Counted from the first letter of the stretch, positions 28,976-39,026 are shown. The stretch is DNA of 43,142 nucleotides from Candidatus Thorarchaeota archaeon (GCA_046482545.1 JAWOEX010000011.1:1-43142), one strand, 5' to 3'. The notes: generated by a model from the letters alone, not told the origin. Made by a program: numbers and translations.

Positions 28976-29365
28976 ATTCATTAAATAAATACGCTAAGGT
29001 CGATGTTTTTGTTCAGTCAAGAGAAACTGATCTATTTGTATTGCGCTTGTTTGTAAGGTGGGAGTATGAAAGATGAATTGGAGTAACAACCGATGCTTTT
29101 TTGATTGCCTCTGTTTTTGGGGGGTGGTATAGGAACAAAGGCAGCACAACATCGATACGATAGTTATTTGATGAAACAATGAGCAGAGAGAAAGACCTTT
29201 CGAAAAATAGACGGATTGTAAGGGAATTGGGGGTCAAGGTAGGAATTGAGAGTTCGTAAGTAGACGGAGGGAGTAGAAGAAGGGCCAAGCACATATTATT
29301 TATATCACAGGGAGGGTTGATAGGTAAGTACTACAGTGCTAAAGTAGCAAAGCGAGGCACCATCC

Positions 29366-29728
29366 GTGGCTAAGATTTTCATTGTCGATGACGAGGAAAT
29401 ACTTCATAGACTCTACAAGGACGTTTTTGCTATCAAAGGCCATAAGGTCGTTGCGGATGCTTACGATGGAGAAGAAGCTGTACATATCTTCAAAGAGATG
29501 GACCCAAAGCCAGAAGTAATCATCTTGGACCATAGAATGCCTAACAAGGATGGTATTCAGGCCATGCAGGAAATGCTCGACATCGATCCCGAGGCCAAGG
29601 TCGTTTTCATTAGTGCCGATGCTAACGTTCGCAATCAGGCAATGAATCATGGTGCAGTGAGTTTTGGGCTTAAACCGGTCACTATTCGTCATATGCTTGA
29701 TTTGGTCGATAGCGCACTCGAACTCTAG
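29366..29728 (+). CDS. Single-domain response regulator receiver (CheY-like)
   Basis: IFIVDDE, ILDHRMPNKDG, ISAD, LKP. Confidence 0.93.
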   Translation: MAKIFIVDDEEILHRLYKDVFAIKGHKVVADAYDGEEAVHIFKEMDPKPEVIILDHRMPNKDGIQAMQEMLDIDPEAKVVFISADANVRNQAMNHGAVSFGLKPVTIRHMLDLVDSALEL

Positions 29729-29788
29729 GATAGATTCGCTGACCGGGATACAGTCATCCCGGAATGCAAGACAAAGGAGGCACATTGA

Positions 29789-30157
29789 ATGGAAACAACG
29801 GTGATAATTGCTGGTGATATATCCTTTCTTCGTGTACTTCTGAAGATGGAACTCGAAAACGCAGGAATGAACGTTATCGCTCAGGCATCTGACAAGACAA
29901 CCCTGCTTGACTATTGTCTGAAAATGGAACCCGACGTTGTTATCATTGATTTTCAAATACCCGAGCTGGAAAACCTGAGGCTAATACAGGACCTTCTAGA
30001 TATAGATCCCCTGATGTCTGTTGTCACGATATCTGAGGCTATTGGTGGTCATTCGGACAAGGTTCTCGCAGCTGGCGCCCGAGCACTCTTACGGAAACCA
30101 TTCAGTGTATATGACCTCCTCGACACAGTAAGAAAGGTCACACCCGTCTTTCGTTAG
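29789..30157 (+). CDS. Single-domain receiver with an atypical acidic pocket
   Basis: IIAGD (first acidic residue replaced by Gly), IIDFQIP, ISE, RKPF. Confidence 0.85.
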   Translation: METTVIIAGDISFLRVLLKMELENAGMNVIAQASDKTTLLDYCLKMEPDVVIIDFQIPELENLRLIQDLLDIDPLMSVVTISEAIGGHSDKVLAAGARALLRKPFSVYDLLDTVRKVTPVFR

Positions 30158-30902
30158 TAGGATGAGTACTACTCAGCAAGCCTTTCTTAAGGGAAGGCAA
30201 CGATAAACCAATCTATTGGAATTCTACAAGCGTTGGCCTCACGTACATTCTTGTTGATTAGCGGTGCGAGTCTTGGTACCGTTAGGGGTATTTTTCGGAG
30301 GAATGGCCCTTTGAATCTAATGAGGCATTCATAGTGCCCATCGGTAGCTACAATGTCGAGCTTCCTGCTGAGTATGATACTCTTCGGGCATCTACTGCTC
30401 TCTTTGCCCCTTCTCCAACCTCAGCCATTTCATTTCTGATAGGGCAGGGGATTCATCAAGAGGGAGGGGTGTACCTCACTCCCCTGTTGTTAGCTATTCC
30501 ATCGAATAAAAACCGACATGATAGAATTGCCTTTCTCTTTTAAGAACCACTAGCTATAAGCATCATCCGATTGGCAATAATCGCCCGAACGTAGTATCTA
30601 GTCCTGATACTAGATGACATACTGTCGCCCAGCCATGTGGTATGTTCACTTTTCCGGTGTGATTCTACCCGTCTTATCCTTTGTTTGGTCACATGGTAAG
30701 GGAATAGACCCACGAAAGTATCTTATATAGACCTCTGATGATTAATATTAGCGCTTCAGAGGTTGCAGATGTCAAGCGGATGTGTGCACAATGTTTTGTT
30801 CACACTAAACGCGGAGAAACAAACTAGAATCCTTATGACTATGCAAGAGCAGACGCGTTAGGAAATAAACGGTCGCTTGTCGACTAAAGTAATGGTGTAT
30901 GT

Positions 30903-32495
30903 GTGACTTTGCAGGAAGGCTCTATCATCCCGGAATTCAAGATGTATGCAGATAGATTAGAGCCAATTGAAAGAGAAGAGATAGAGCAGAGATTCCTTGT
31001 CGAAATGAAAGGGGGAAAAGACAGATTCCGCTCCTTTACTGATGTGCTTACGGAATATGTTGGAAGTGGCGAATTCAGTCATAGAAGTCCTGGCTTTGTC
31101 GCGATGTGTGCAAAAGCATGTTTTCTCAGAGGCAAATATGGCTTCAATCAGCTTCTAGCAAAACAAACTGATAGTCTGACTGCAAAAGGATATGCAGCGT
31201 CAGCATATTGTAGGCAAAGTCTAGATCCTCGTTGGTTGAACAACCTTCGTCACTATGTAAATCAGCTTTGGCAAGAAAAGGACTACACAGCGTACGCCGA
31301 ACTATCAGGAGAACTTGCATCGGTACTCGTTGATTTGGGATACTACGGTCGAGCGAGAGAAATAGCGAGCGAGAGTATGGAGAAAGTAACTAAAGCAACG
31401 TCGGATAATCGCGATATTCGAGCAAGCGTGCAAGCCGCTTTACTGCGGCCGAGAATACTACTTGCATCACTTCTAATCCAATCGAAATCCAGAGAAGAAG
31501 GTTTGATACGGCTAGATTCTGCGAAGACTACAGCCAAGCTTTTGGACCATCAGCTCGCCATAACTGATATACGCTATTATCGAGCAATGGCTCTTGAATA
31601 TTCAAATGAATATGACCGGGCGCTGAGTCTGGTCAATTCAGTTTTGAGAGACTATGAGCGGATGGGTAATATCCAAGGTCTTGCAAACGCTAGAAACCTA
31701 AAAGGTATAATCTTTGTAAATCGTGGGCGGCTCCAAGATGCCCGTGACAATTTCGAGGAACTACTCCTTCTCCAACAACGCCTCAATGACCAGATTGGTC
31801 TTACAAAGACCCTGATTAACGTAGGAGAAATTGATAGGGCATTAGGACAAATCGATCAAATGGAAACGTACAATCAGCGAGCCCTAGAAATCAGTGAGGA
31901 AGCCGAGTACTTGAGGGGAATTGCAACGGCAACCATCAATCTGGGCGATGTGGCACTAAGAAAAGGAAAAATCGAACAAGCGATACAAAGATACGAAGAA
32001 GGAATCGAAATTGCAGAAAAATCTCAGATGAAGCAGATTATGGGATTGGGCCTTTTCTTGGCTGCTGATGCTCACTTCATGGCGCAAGATTTTGACACCG
32101 CCATAGAACTGTATCGTAAGGCCGAGAAGGTATCCTCGGAAACGGATCATCCGTTGTTTGTATTCAATGCAAAGGTAAGTCAAATCATTACAGAGTGGGA
32201 GCGTGGCAGGCCGGGGGATGAAGACGTGTTAGAGGAAATCTATGAAGTCCTAGGGCCGGCTCAATCTTGGATTCAATCTGATGATTCCTCTCTAATGGGT
32301 GATGCTCGTAGAACCATCTATCAAGATCCATCCGTTGAGAGTGAGACCTGTATCTTTTATGATGGGGAGAAGAGTTTCGAGTGCAGAGTAGAGCGCACAT
32401 CTCTGGGTAAGGAATGCTTTGGAAACCTCTTTTGGATGAGGCAGTTGTGTCCGTATTTCAAGAATTTCATCTCAGAACTTGATGAAGCCTTATAA
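30903..32495 (+). CDS. Tetratricopeptide-repeat protein (about 40-aa repeats) with a C-terminal 4-Cys motif
   Basis: Repeats such as LANARNLKGIIF, LTKTLINVGEID, IATATINLGDVA; tail CIFYDGEKSFECRVERTSLGKECFGNLFWMRQLCPYF. Confidence 0.85.
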   Translation: MTLQEGSIIPEFKMYADRLEPIEREEIEQRFLVEMKGGKDRFRSFTDVLTEYVGSGEFSHRSPGFVAMCAKACFLRGKYGFNQLLAKQTDSLTAKGYAASAYCRQSLDPRWLNNLRHYVNQLWQEKDYTAYAELSGELASVLVDLGYYGRAREIASESMEKVTKATSDNRDIRASVQAALLRPRILLASLLIQSKSREEGLIRLDSAKTTAKLLDHQLAITDIRYYRAMALEYSNEYDRALSLVNSVLRDYERMGNIQGLANARNLKGIIFVNRGRLQDARDNFEELLLLQQRLNDQIGLTKTLINVGEIDRALGQIDQMETYNQRALEISEEAEYLRGIATATINLGDVALRKGKIEQAIQRYEEGIEIAEKSQMKQIMGLGLFLAADAHFMAQDFDTAIELYRKAEKVSSETDHPLFVFNAKVSQIITEWERGRPGDEDVLEEIYEVLGPAQSWIQSDDSSLMGDARRTIYQDPSVESETCIFYDGEKSFECRVERTSLGKECFGNLFWMRQLCPYFKNFISELDEAL

Positions 32496-32973
32496 TTTGG
32501 TTTGTTATTGTCGTATATTCTTAACGAAAGTAATGCTAGTCTTTGCTGTGTTAGACGTATCTATATGTACTATATCTCAAAAAAACATGCCAGGGGCACC
32601 CAACTCATGAGTAGCGATGGGGCGATGGCTTCCAGTTTCACGAAATTTCTAAACATCCGTCTAGGCTACATTGTGGCCATATTGGGAATACCTAGAACCG
32701 AGGAGAACATGTTGGCCTTGGAACTGCTCAGGTCTAGAAGCCAAGCATGTCTGCCGATAACACGAGGGAGAATATTGAATACACCAAGAACTCTCTTTCG
32801 GTTGCAGTGATTCTTAGGAAAATCGGTTTACCCAGATGCCCCCTACCGATGCCTATGATACCAGTATAGCTTGCACGGGAAAAACCCCCACAGCAATTAC
32901 TTAGCTGTAAAGCCCATTAGAACCACGGGCTTTATGGACTACAGTTTTATACCTATAGAATGAAAAGAAAAGG

Positions 32974-33360
32974 ATGACTATTATGCGCAGCACAATATTG
33001 GTTGTTGACGATGAACAGGTTACCGCGCAACTGACAAAAACATTCTTGGGACGACATGGATTCATTGTGAAATGTGCCTATGATGGTGAAGAGGCATTGG
33101 AGATGGCAGACCGCACCAACCCCAATCTTATACTTCTGGACATAATGCTACCAAAGATGGATGGATATGAGGTCTGCAACCTTCTCAAATCCAAAGAGAA
33201 ACTCAAAGATGTACCCATTCTGTTTTTCACTGCAAAAGGTTGTAAGTGTGATATAAAAAGAGGGCAAGAGGTTGGGGGAGATGACTACATCATCAAACCT
33301 TTCTCCGGAAGGAAACTTGTTGAAAGGATTAGAGAACACCTAGGAATACAAGAAAACTGA
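32974..33360 (+). CDS. Single-domain response regulator receiver
   Basis: ILVVDDE, LLDIMLPKMDG, FTAK, IKPF. Confidence 0.93.
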   Translation: MTIMRSTILVVDDEQVTAQLTKTFLGRHGFIVKCAYDGEEALEMADRTNPNLILLDIMLPKMDGYEVCNLLKSKEKLKDVPILFFTAKGCKCDIKRGQEVGGDDYIIKPFSGRKLVERIREHLGIQEN

Positions 33361-33733
33361 GTTGGTCTGAAATATGCCGAATTCCACGAGGGCCACAGAG
33401 TACGGCGGAAGGATAATTGAAGACCATCTGGTCAAACCCCTCGGGGATACTTTTTCTGGTCAGTGCGGCCCAAGATAACCACTATGACCTATTCATGCTA
33501 ATGATTCTGAAGGCGATTGAGCTCGGTATGAACACCCTCGAAGTGGTCACGGAGGCAAGGTATCGGAATTTAATGGAAGAGCTCTCCTTGATGCAGAGTG
33601 ACCTATTCAGTGTTCTTGAAACCTCTTATGGACGGGATTCATTGGGTAGACATAGCTACTAACCGCATCTCCATATGGCTTGCTAGCTTACCCAAATAAC
33701 AGGACGGGTGAACTTTCACTTCGTTGAGATTTT

Positions 33734-34384
33734 CTACTCTTGTGGAAATATGTTGCGGAACAGATTCATAGCTTCTTCAAAGATTTCGGACCAAGATTGA
33801 GCCGCTCTCGTGCGACCGTGCCCTCTAGCGATAACAGGGTCTATGAGGCTTCTAAGGTGTCTGCACTCCTCTTGGCTTAGCCTGCATTGCTCCACAATGT
33901 CATCAATTTCTCGTATGATTTTTCCCCTCTGTTTAACGAGTTCCATTTTTTTCTTTTCTATATTATCTAGCTGACGGTTGATAGCTCCTAATTCGGATAG
34001 GAGCTTTTCGATTTCTTCCATGTCTGCCTTTCTAGCTTCTTCCTCTTTTTCCTCTTTGAGAGGATGAATTTCTTTGTTCGACCTTTTCAAGTCAATCAGA
34101 AATGAGTCGGGGAGAACCATAGTAGAAAGGCCAAATCCCATCTTAAGATGGTAGTATATCCTATCCGGCCCCAAGTCGCTTTCACCTGGCTCCTGTTCGA
34201 CAAGACCTGCTCTTTCAAGTGATTCTAGATGCTTCAGGACAACACGGCGATTTACGTTAAGTAGCTTGCTCAATTCGTACGGATAACGGGGACCCCGAGC
34301 AAGGAGGCGTAGTATTCTCCGTCGTGTAATGTGGCCTAATGCCTTGAACAGCGTGTCGAGTTCGCCTGCATCCTTTCTTGGCAT
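33734..34384 (-). CDS. ArsR-type wHTH regulator with a C-terminal coiled coil (Phr/HSR1 heat-shock regulator-like)
   Basis: FKALGHITRRRILRLL..GPRY..ELS...VLKHLESLERAGLV...GPDRIYY, followed by a heptad-rich helical tail. SD AGGTGA. Confidence 0.8.
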   Translation of the reverse strand: MPRKDAGELDTLFKALGHITRRRILRLLARGPRYPYELSKLLNVNRRVVLKHLESLERAGLVEQEPGESDLGPDRIYYHLKMGFGLSTMVLPDSFLIDLKRSNKEIHPLKEEKEEEARKADMEEIEKLLSELGAINRQLDNIEKKKMELVKQRGKIIREIDDIVEQCRLSQEECRHLRSLIDPVIARGHGRTRAAQSWSEIFEEAMNLFRNIFPQE

Positions 34385-34647
34385 CAGTATTCACCTGCTT
34401 TCTCGCGTTTATTGAACGACGATAAATTAACTTCGCGGACCTGTTTCCATCCTGACCTAAGCTACGCTGCAATGCTTGGTTTCTACATGTGTAACAAGTA
34501 GGATTGCTGTCAGAACGGAAGAGGATTCACACTCATCAATTCTTCTGCCTTTGTTCGTCCCGTCTATAATTTACCGATTTTACTTATAAAGGTTGCGACC
34601 AAATGGTCCCTAGTGAACGGGACTCGGGGCCAACTCTAATTTCTATG

Positions 34648-34962
34648 TTATGCTTCTGAATCTGGTTTGCCTTGCTGTGACTCCACCGCATCCTCAAACT
34701 GTTCAGAATGAGTGCTGTAAGGCCGTAGTAATTCCCTTTTCTTATCGTATAGTGGACCGTCCCCTGTTAGGGATTTTGAGCTCACTCCTTCCTTGGAGGA
34801 GATGACCGGTCGAGACGACGACATTAGGAGATATCTGAAGAATTCCAGATCTGTTACCTTTCTGCCCATCCTCTTTTGATACCGCATCTTCTCCTCTTCC
34901 CATGTGAGCACGTCATGTTCGGTCAGACCTTTGATGAGCTTGTTTTTGTTCCCTTTCCTCAT
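34648..34962 (-). CDS. Hypothetical basic protein (possible ribbon-helix-helix-like N-terminus)
   Basis: ORF with ATG at 34962: KLIKGLTEHDVLTWEEEKMRYQKRMGRKVTDLEFFRYLL. Start uncertain. Confidence 0.4.
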   Translation of the reverse strand: MRKGNKNKLIKGLTEHDVLTWEEEKMRYQKRMGRKVTDLEFFRYLLMSSSRPVISSKEGVSSKSLTGDGPLYDKKRELLRPYSTHSEQFEDAVESQQGKPDSEA

Positions 34963-35222
34963 TTGATATCTCGTCCTCTGGACTCTCTTTAACTTGTTAA
35001 CCTTCTTTACCCGTAGCAAGCTTTTAGAATGTCGTGATATCTGGGCAATACCGTAGTAATCGTGGAAGGTTTCTGCCCTTTCTGAGTGAGCGACAAGAGA
35101 ACCTCAATACTTCACTTCGTTTACCAGTACCTTTAGGAACTTGAATTGATGAGAGTTGAGCTGTATGTGCTACCAGTCACTTCTCTAATCCACCACTTGA
35201 TTGATGTTGAAAGAGAAAGGTT

Positions 35223-35936
35223 CTATGCCTGCTGAAGGAATCCAGAGAAAACCATGATGATACCCACGAATACGAGCATTGGATTGAAGAATTCATCGAA
35301 CATAGAGTATACATATGGGAATTCTCCGGGTGACAAGGTGAGAAGTAGCCCTGCAGTTATGATCATCCCGCCTATGAATATCATGAATCCACCGAAATAG
35401 ACCCGTAAAGCCTCAACCTTTCTTCGTGATTCGAGTATCTCAAGTTTTGTTGAAACATCTCTGTCTATTCTGTCGAATTGTTTAATCCTCTCTTCCAGCG
35501 TTCTATCCATGTTTGCTGCTTTCTCAATTTTCTTCTGGAGCAATGAAATCTTCTGTTCTTCAGTCTTAGGTTCAGCCTCTACATCTTCCTCGGCCTTCTC
35601 TTCTTCGAGCTCGTCCTCTTCTTTCGTAGTCTCTTCCATATCTTCTTCTCCATTATTCATTTCGGTCACAGTCGTCACAAGCTCTTTCCTAAGATTTTCT
35701 GCTCGGTCTCTGATTTGCTTTCCTGTAGACGGAGCATTCCGCAAATCACAGAGATGCAGCTTCAAGCAAGCTTCTTCCTCACCCATCTCTCTAAGTTGCT
35801 CGGCAATTCTTTCCTTTGTTTCTCTTTCCACCTGGGAGGTGTTTTCATCTAGCTCGCGTTCCAATTTCTTGGCTTTGTTCTCCCATTGCTCAATTTCTTC
35901 TTTGTTGTTTTCATGATTAGTGTGGCTCACGGTCAC
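35223..35936 (-). CDS. Coiled-coil protein with an acidic linker and two C-terminal TM helices
   Basis: N-terminal helical bundle, E-rich linker, second coiled coil ending SRRK, two TMs. SD AGGTGA; follows the APC gene by 14 bp. Confidence 0.75.
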   Translation of the reverse strand: MTVSHTNHENNKEEIEQWENKAKKLERELDENTSQVERETKERIAEQLREMGEEEACLKLHLCDLRNAPSTGKQIRDRAENLRKELVTTVTEMNNGEEDMEETTKEEDELEEEKAEEDVEAEPKTEEQKISLLQKKIEKAANMDRTLEERIKQFDRIDRDVSTKLEILESRRKVEALRVYFGGFMIFIGGMIITAGLLLTLSPGEFPYVYSMFDEFFNPMLVFVGIIMVFSGFLQQA

Positions 35937-35950
35937 CTACTCCTGTCATA

Positions 35951-37699
35951 TTAAACCGCTTTGGCATATTTTCTATTCCAGAGGAATAAACCGGCAACAA
36001 TTGCACTTATTGCGTAACCCAATAGCCCCAATAGCAATAGAAACCTGTATCCTCCTGCGGTATCAGTCAAATTTGGAAATGTCAAACCACCATGAAACAC
36101 AGTATAGAAGACAACCAAGGCAAAGACCCCACATACAATAGTTATCACTGCTACAATATTTTCGAGAATCTTCAATCGTTCGATATGTGGAAATGTTGGC
36201 TCAATTGATTCACCGCGCTCTACTAGGCTACTTAAAGGATAGGCACACAGAACGCTAGAAATCAATAGAGTGATGGCACCGAGAATAAGAGGAGGTGCTA
36301 GGTCTATTGCAGACGAACCAGGCGTCCATACTAAGCTGCCATTGCCAATCCAGATGACTGCCAAAAGTGAATATCCTGCAGCGCCTGTGATACCACCTAT
36401 GGTAAGTGATCTATGGTATCGCGGTGCAATCTTCATCAGATAAACGATGACTCCAATGAAGACTATTGCCACACCTGTCGCTATGGCAGCATTGTCAAGA
36501 AAGAGCATGAAGACTATGAGCGAAACTGCTGATAAGGGTGCTACAATTTTCGGGGTCTCAAAGGCTCTCTCCAGAGTAGCTCGTTTCCTTCTTAAGAGAA
36601 GGAGACTAACAGTAACTAGGAATACACCTAAGAAGAGGTTGAAGTCGGCAACATGCGCAATGTATTCCACTACTCCGGTAGAAATGAAGATGCCCATGAT
36701 AATTGTCGCGGTCGCTATGGCTTTTAGGGGAACGCCCTTATCATTCGTCTCTGCTATTTCCTCGGGGAAAAAGCCATCTCTCGCTAGAGCGAAAAGTATC
36801 ATCGAGGAAGCTATGATAGATGCATTCAGACTAGTAAGTGTGGCGACAGTCCCAATAACCCCTGCCATGGCAAGACCCCCCACACCCAATGCATTTTCTC
36901 CTACGAGCATTATTGGTGAAACAGCCTCGGACAGAGTACCAGATCCAACCACCCCAATTGCAACCCATGCTACTGGGACAAAAACCAACGTGCAGATAAG
37001 AGTCGAAATTAGTGTTGCCTTTGTAAGATCCTTGGCCGGTTCAGTAGCTTCTCCACTCACATTTGCTATCGTTTCGAAACCGAAATAGGATATGAATGTG
37101 AAAGAAGTGGCTTGAATAATACCGGGCCAGCCGGAAGGCATGAATGGTTCCAAATTCGAACTTGACATGAAGAAAGCACTGGCAGCAGTGAATATGGCAA
37201 ACCCACCAAGAAGAAAAACTACAAGAATAATCTCAGCTCGGCCAGATTCTTCAATCCCACGAAAATTCAGTAGTGTGAAGAAAAGCAAAAAGAAAAGGGC
37301 TATCGGTATCTGCATAATATACGGGATTCCAGTGACATGAGCGATGATTTGGGCGCATCCAAGGGAGGCGATAGCTCCGAATATTATGTTGGCGAAGGCC
37401 AGTAACCAGCCTGTTAGAAACGCCACCATGCCTCCGTAGGCTTTCTTGGCGAAGGTATACCCTCCACCGGATGCTGGAAAGGTGGACGCAAGCTCCGAAA
37501 AGCTCAAGCCGGCTAGTATGGTTAGGACACCACCTATAACAAACGAAATAATTATCGAGGGACCAGCTATACCTGCAGCATGTCCTAGTATAGTAAATAT
37601 GGCGGCCCCAAGAACGTCTCCTACACCAATGGCTATGAGCGTGTATAGCCCGACACCCTTACCGGCATCTTCTTCTTGAACTGGCTGCTCTGTCATCAT
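35951..37699 (-). CDS. APC family amino-acid permease with extra C-terminal TMs
   Basis: GDVLGAAIF, AGP, SELASTFPASGGGY, YFGFETIANVSGE, ALARDG, RAFETP. Confidence 0.9.
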   Translation of the reverse strand: MMTEQPVQEEDAGKGVGLYTLIAIGVGDVLGAAIFTILGHAAGIAGPSIIISFVIGGVLTILAGLSFSELASTFPASGGGYTFAKKAYGGMVAFLTGWLLAFANIIFGAIASLGCAQIIAHVTGIPYIMQIPIALFFLLFFTLLNFRGIEESGRAEIILVVFLLGGFAIFTAASAFFMSSSNLEPFMPSGWPGIIQATSFTFISYFGFETIANVSGEATEPAKDLTKATLISTLICTLVFVPVAWVAIGVVGSGTLSEAVSPIMLVGENALGVGGLAMAGVIGTVATLTSLNASIIASSMILFALARDGFFPEEIAETNDKGVPLKAIATATIIMGIFISTGVVEYIAHVADFNLFLGVFLVTVSLLLLRRKRATLERAFETPKIVAPLSAVSLIVFMLFLDNAAIATGVAIVFIGVIVYLMKIAPRYHRSLTIGGITGAAGYSLLAVIWIGNGSLVWTPGSSAIDLAPPLILGAITLLISSVLCAYPLSSLVERGESIEPTFPHIERLKILENIVAVITIVCGVFALVVFYTVFHGGLTFPNLTDTAGGYRFLLLLGLLGYAISAIVAGLFLWNRKYAKAV

Positions 37700-37803
37700 G
37701 TTTTACCTCGATAACCCGTACGTCCAGTTTTACCGGGTGCGAACATGGCCACTTAAAGCATTTTTCCATTGGCAAAAAAAGCACAAATTCAATTTCTGAG
37801 AGG

Positions 37804-38895
37804 CTATTCTGCTTCACTCTCGTCCTTTGTAGCTCTAATTTCTTGCCCATCTTCGGTCTTTACCTTTTCGACTCCTTCTGTTTCTTGGTCTGCATGATAG
37901 AGACTGCTTTGTTCGACCTCCTTGAATGCAGTTACCGACCTCCAAGTCTCAGACCTATTGGAGATTCTTGTTAGTTTCTTTATTCGAAAGGTTATGATAG
38001 CAGCTACATCTATAATCAGAATGTTTATGCCCAAAAGAAATAGCCCCCCTAAACCTATCTGAAGAGCAGCAGTTGATGTCCCAAACAGCCCAAGTGCGAG
38101 CATCATTCCAACATTCACAGCTGGAGGCATTAGCGCAGCCGATATCGCCACACCAACCAGACTTGACATTTCACCCCTTGTTACTGATATAGCAACTGCC
38201 GCTCCCGACACAGCTGCTATGCTGACATCAATCCAACTAAAACCTCCCCTTCTCGTAATTTCCGTGACAGTACCATCTAGCCAGTTGGATTCTACCGTGG
38301 TGACCAGTTCAGGCATAAGATACAACATCACAGAACCCATCAAAATGCCGACTCCGAATGATACTGCAAGGGCAACGAGTTCGTTTCGCGTTCCCCTCAT
38401 GAACAGGGCTTTGTCTCCCACGACATATCCAAGAGCAACTCCCAGCATTGGTCCCATGAGAGGTGCAAGCACCATTGATGCAACAATAACAGTGATGTTA
38501 TTCTGAGCCAATCCAATGCCTGCCATTATTGCAGACAGAATAACGAAAGTGATGAAATCGAATGTCATCGATGCGCTCTCATTGACATCTTCGAAAATCT
38601 TCTCAACGATAAGTGATGTTTCACGTTGCATTTTTTGTTCAGGTTCATCTTCCATTTCCCGTGGAAGCGAGCCCTCCAGTTCCAGTATGTCGATAAAACC
38701 GTACTCTACCCCTACACCATGCTTCTTGAGACTGAGAATTGCTTCATTAAGTGAATTCTCTAGAATTCTGAACTGAATGATCATTGCATTATCTGTTGTC
38801 ATCCGGATCGGATTCCGGACTTGAGGGAGTTCGACCAGACTATTGTATATCTCCTCGGTCTTGTCAAACGGAATGACTACCTGGACCTGCTTCAC
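37804..38895 (-). CDS. TIGR00341/DUF389 family membrane protein
   Basis: LSAIMAGIGL..NN..VIVASMVLAPLMGP, LVGVAISAALMPPAVNVG. GTG 38895 after GAGGTG. Confidence 0.88.
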   Translation of the reverse strand: MKQVQVVIPFDKTEEIYNSLVELPQVRNPIRMTTDNAMIIQFRILENSLNEAILSLKKHGVGVEYGFIDILELEGSLPREMEDEPEQKMQRETSLIVEKIFEDVNESASMTFDFITFVILSAIMAGIGLAQNNITVIVASMVLAPLMGPMLGVALGYVVGDKALFMRGTRNELVALAVSFGVGILMGSVMLYLMPELVTTVESNWLDGTVTEITRRGGFSWIDVSIAAVSGAAVAISVTRGEMSSLVGVAISAALMPPAVNVGMMLALGLFGTSTAALQIGLGGLFLLGINILIIDVAAIITFRIKKLTRISNRSETWRSVTAFKEVEQSSLYHADQETEGVEKVKTEDGQEIRATKDESEAE

Positions 38896-39026
38896 GCCTA
38901 AACACCTCAAGGAAAAAGAAACTCCTAGTTGGTCTATTAAGAGTTATTTTCTGGAATTTTGTATTGCACGTAATACAACAATTCTAAGGAATATATCGTC
39001 ACACCTTTCTACCCGTAGGTAGACAT

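Noticed and set aside
29322-29329. AGGTAAGT matching the spliceosomal 5' splice-site consensus
   Set aside because: An 8-mer expected by chance at this window length, with no intron context.
28600-29360. Replication origin
   Set aside because: AT-rich, but there are no ORB-like repeats and no cdc6/orc1 gene nearby.
30334-30543. 69-aa ORF or possible SRP/RNase P RNA in the spacer
   Set aside because: No protein motif, and the conserved SRP and RNase P signature sequences are not present.
32502-32810. 102-aa ORF between the TPR and receiver genes
   Set aside because: No SD, motif or coding-like composition to support it.
33417-33662. 81-aa ORF with a TGACCTATTCA direct repeat (33485, 33599)
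   Set aside because: No recognisable motif and a weak start; two repeat copies do not make an array.
35509-35916. Ser-rich + strand ORF, and similar antisense ORFs at 709-1266, 29339-29956 and 36447-37088
   Set aside because: These are antisense shadows of well-supported genes.
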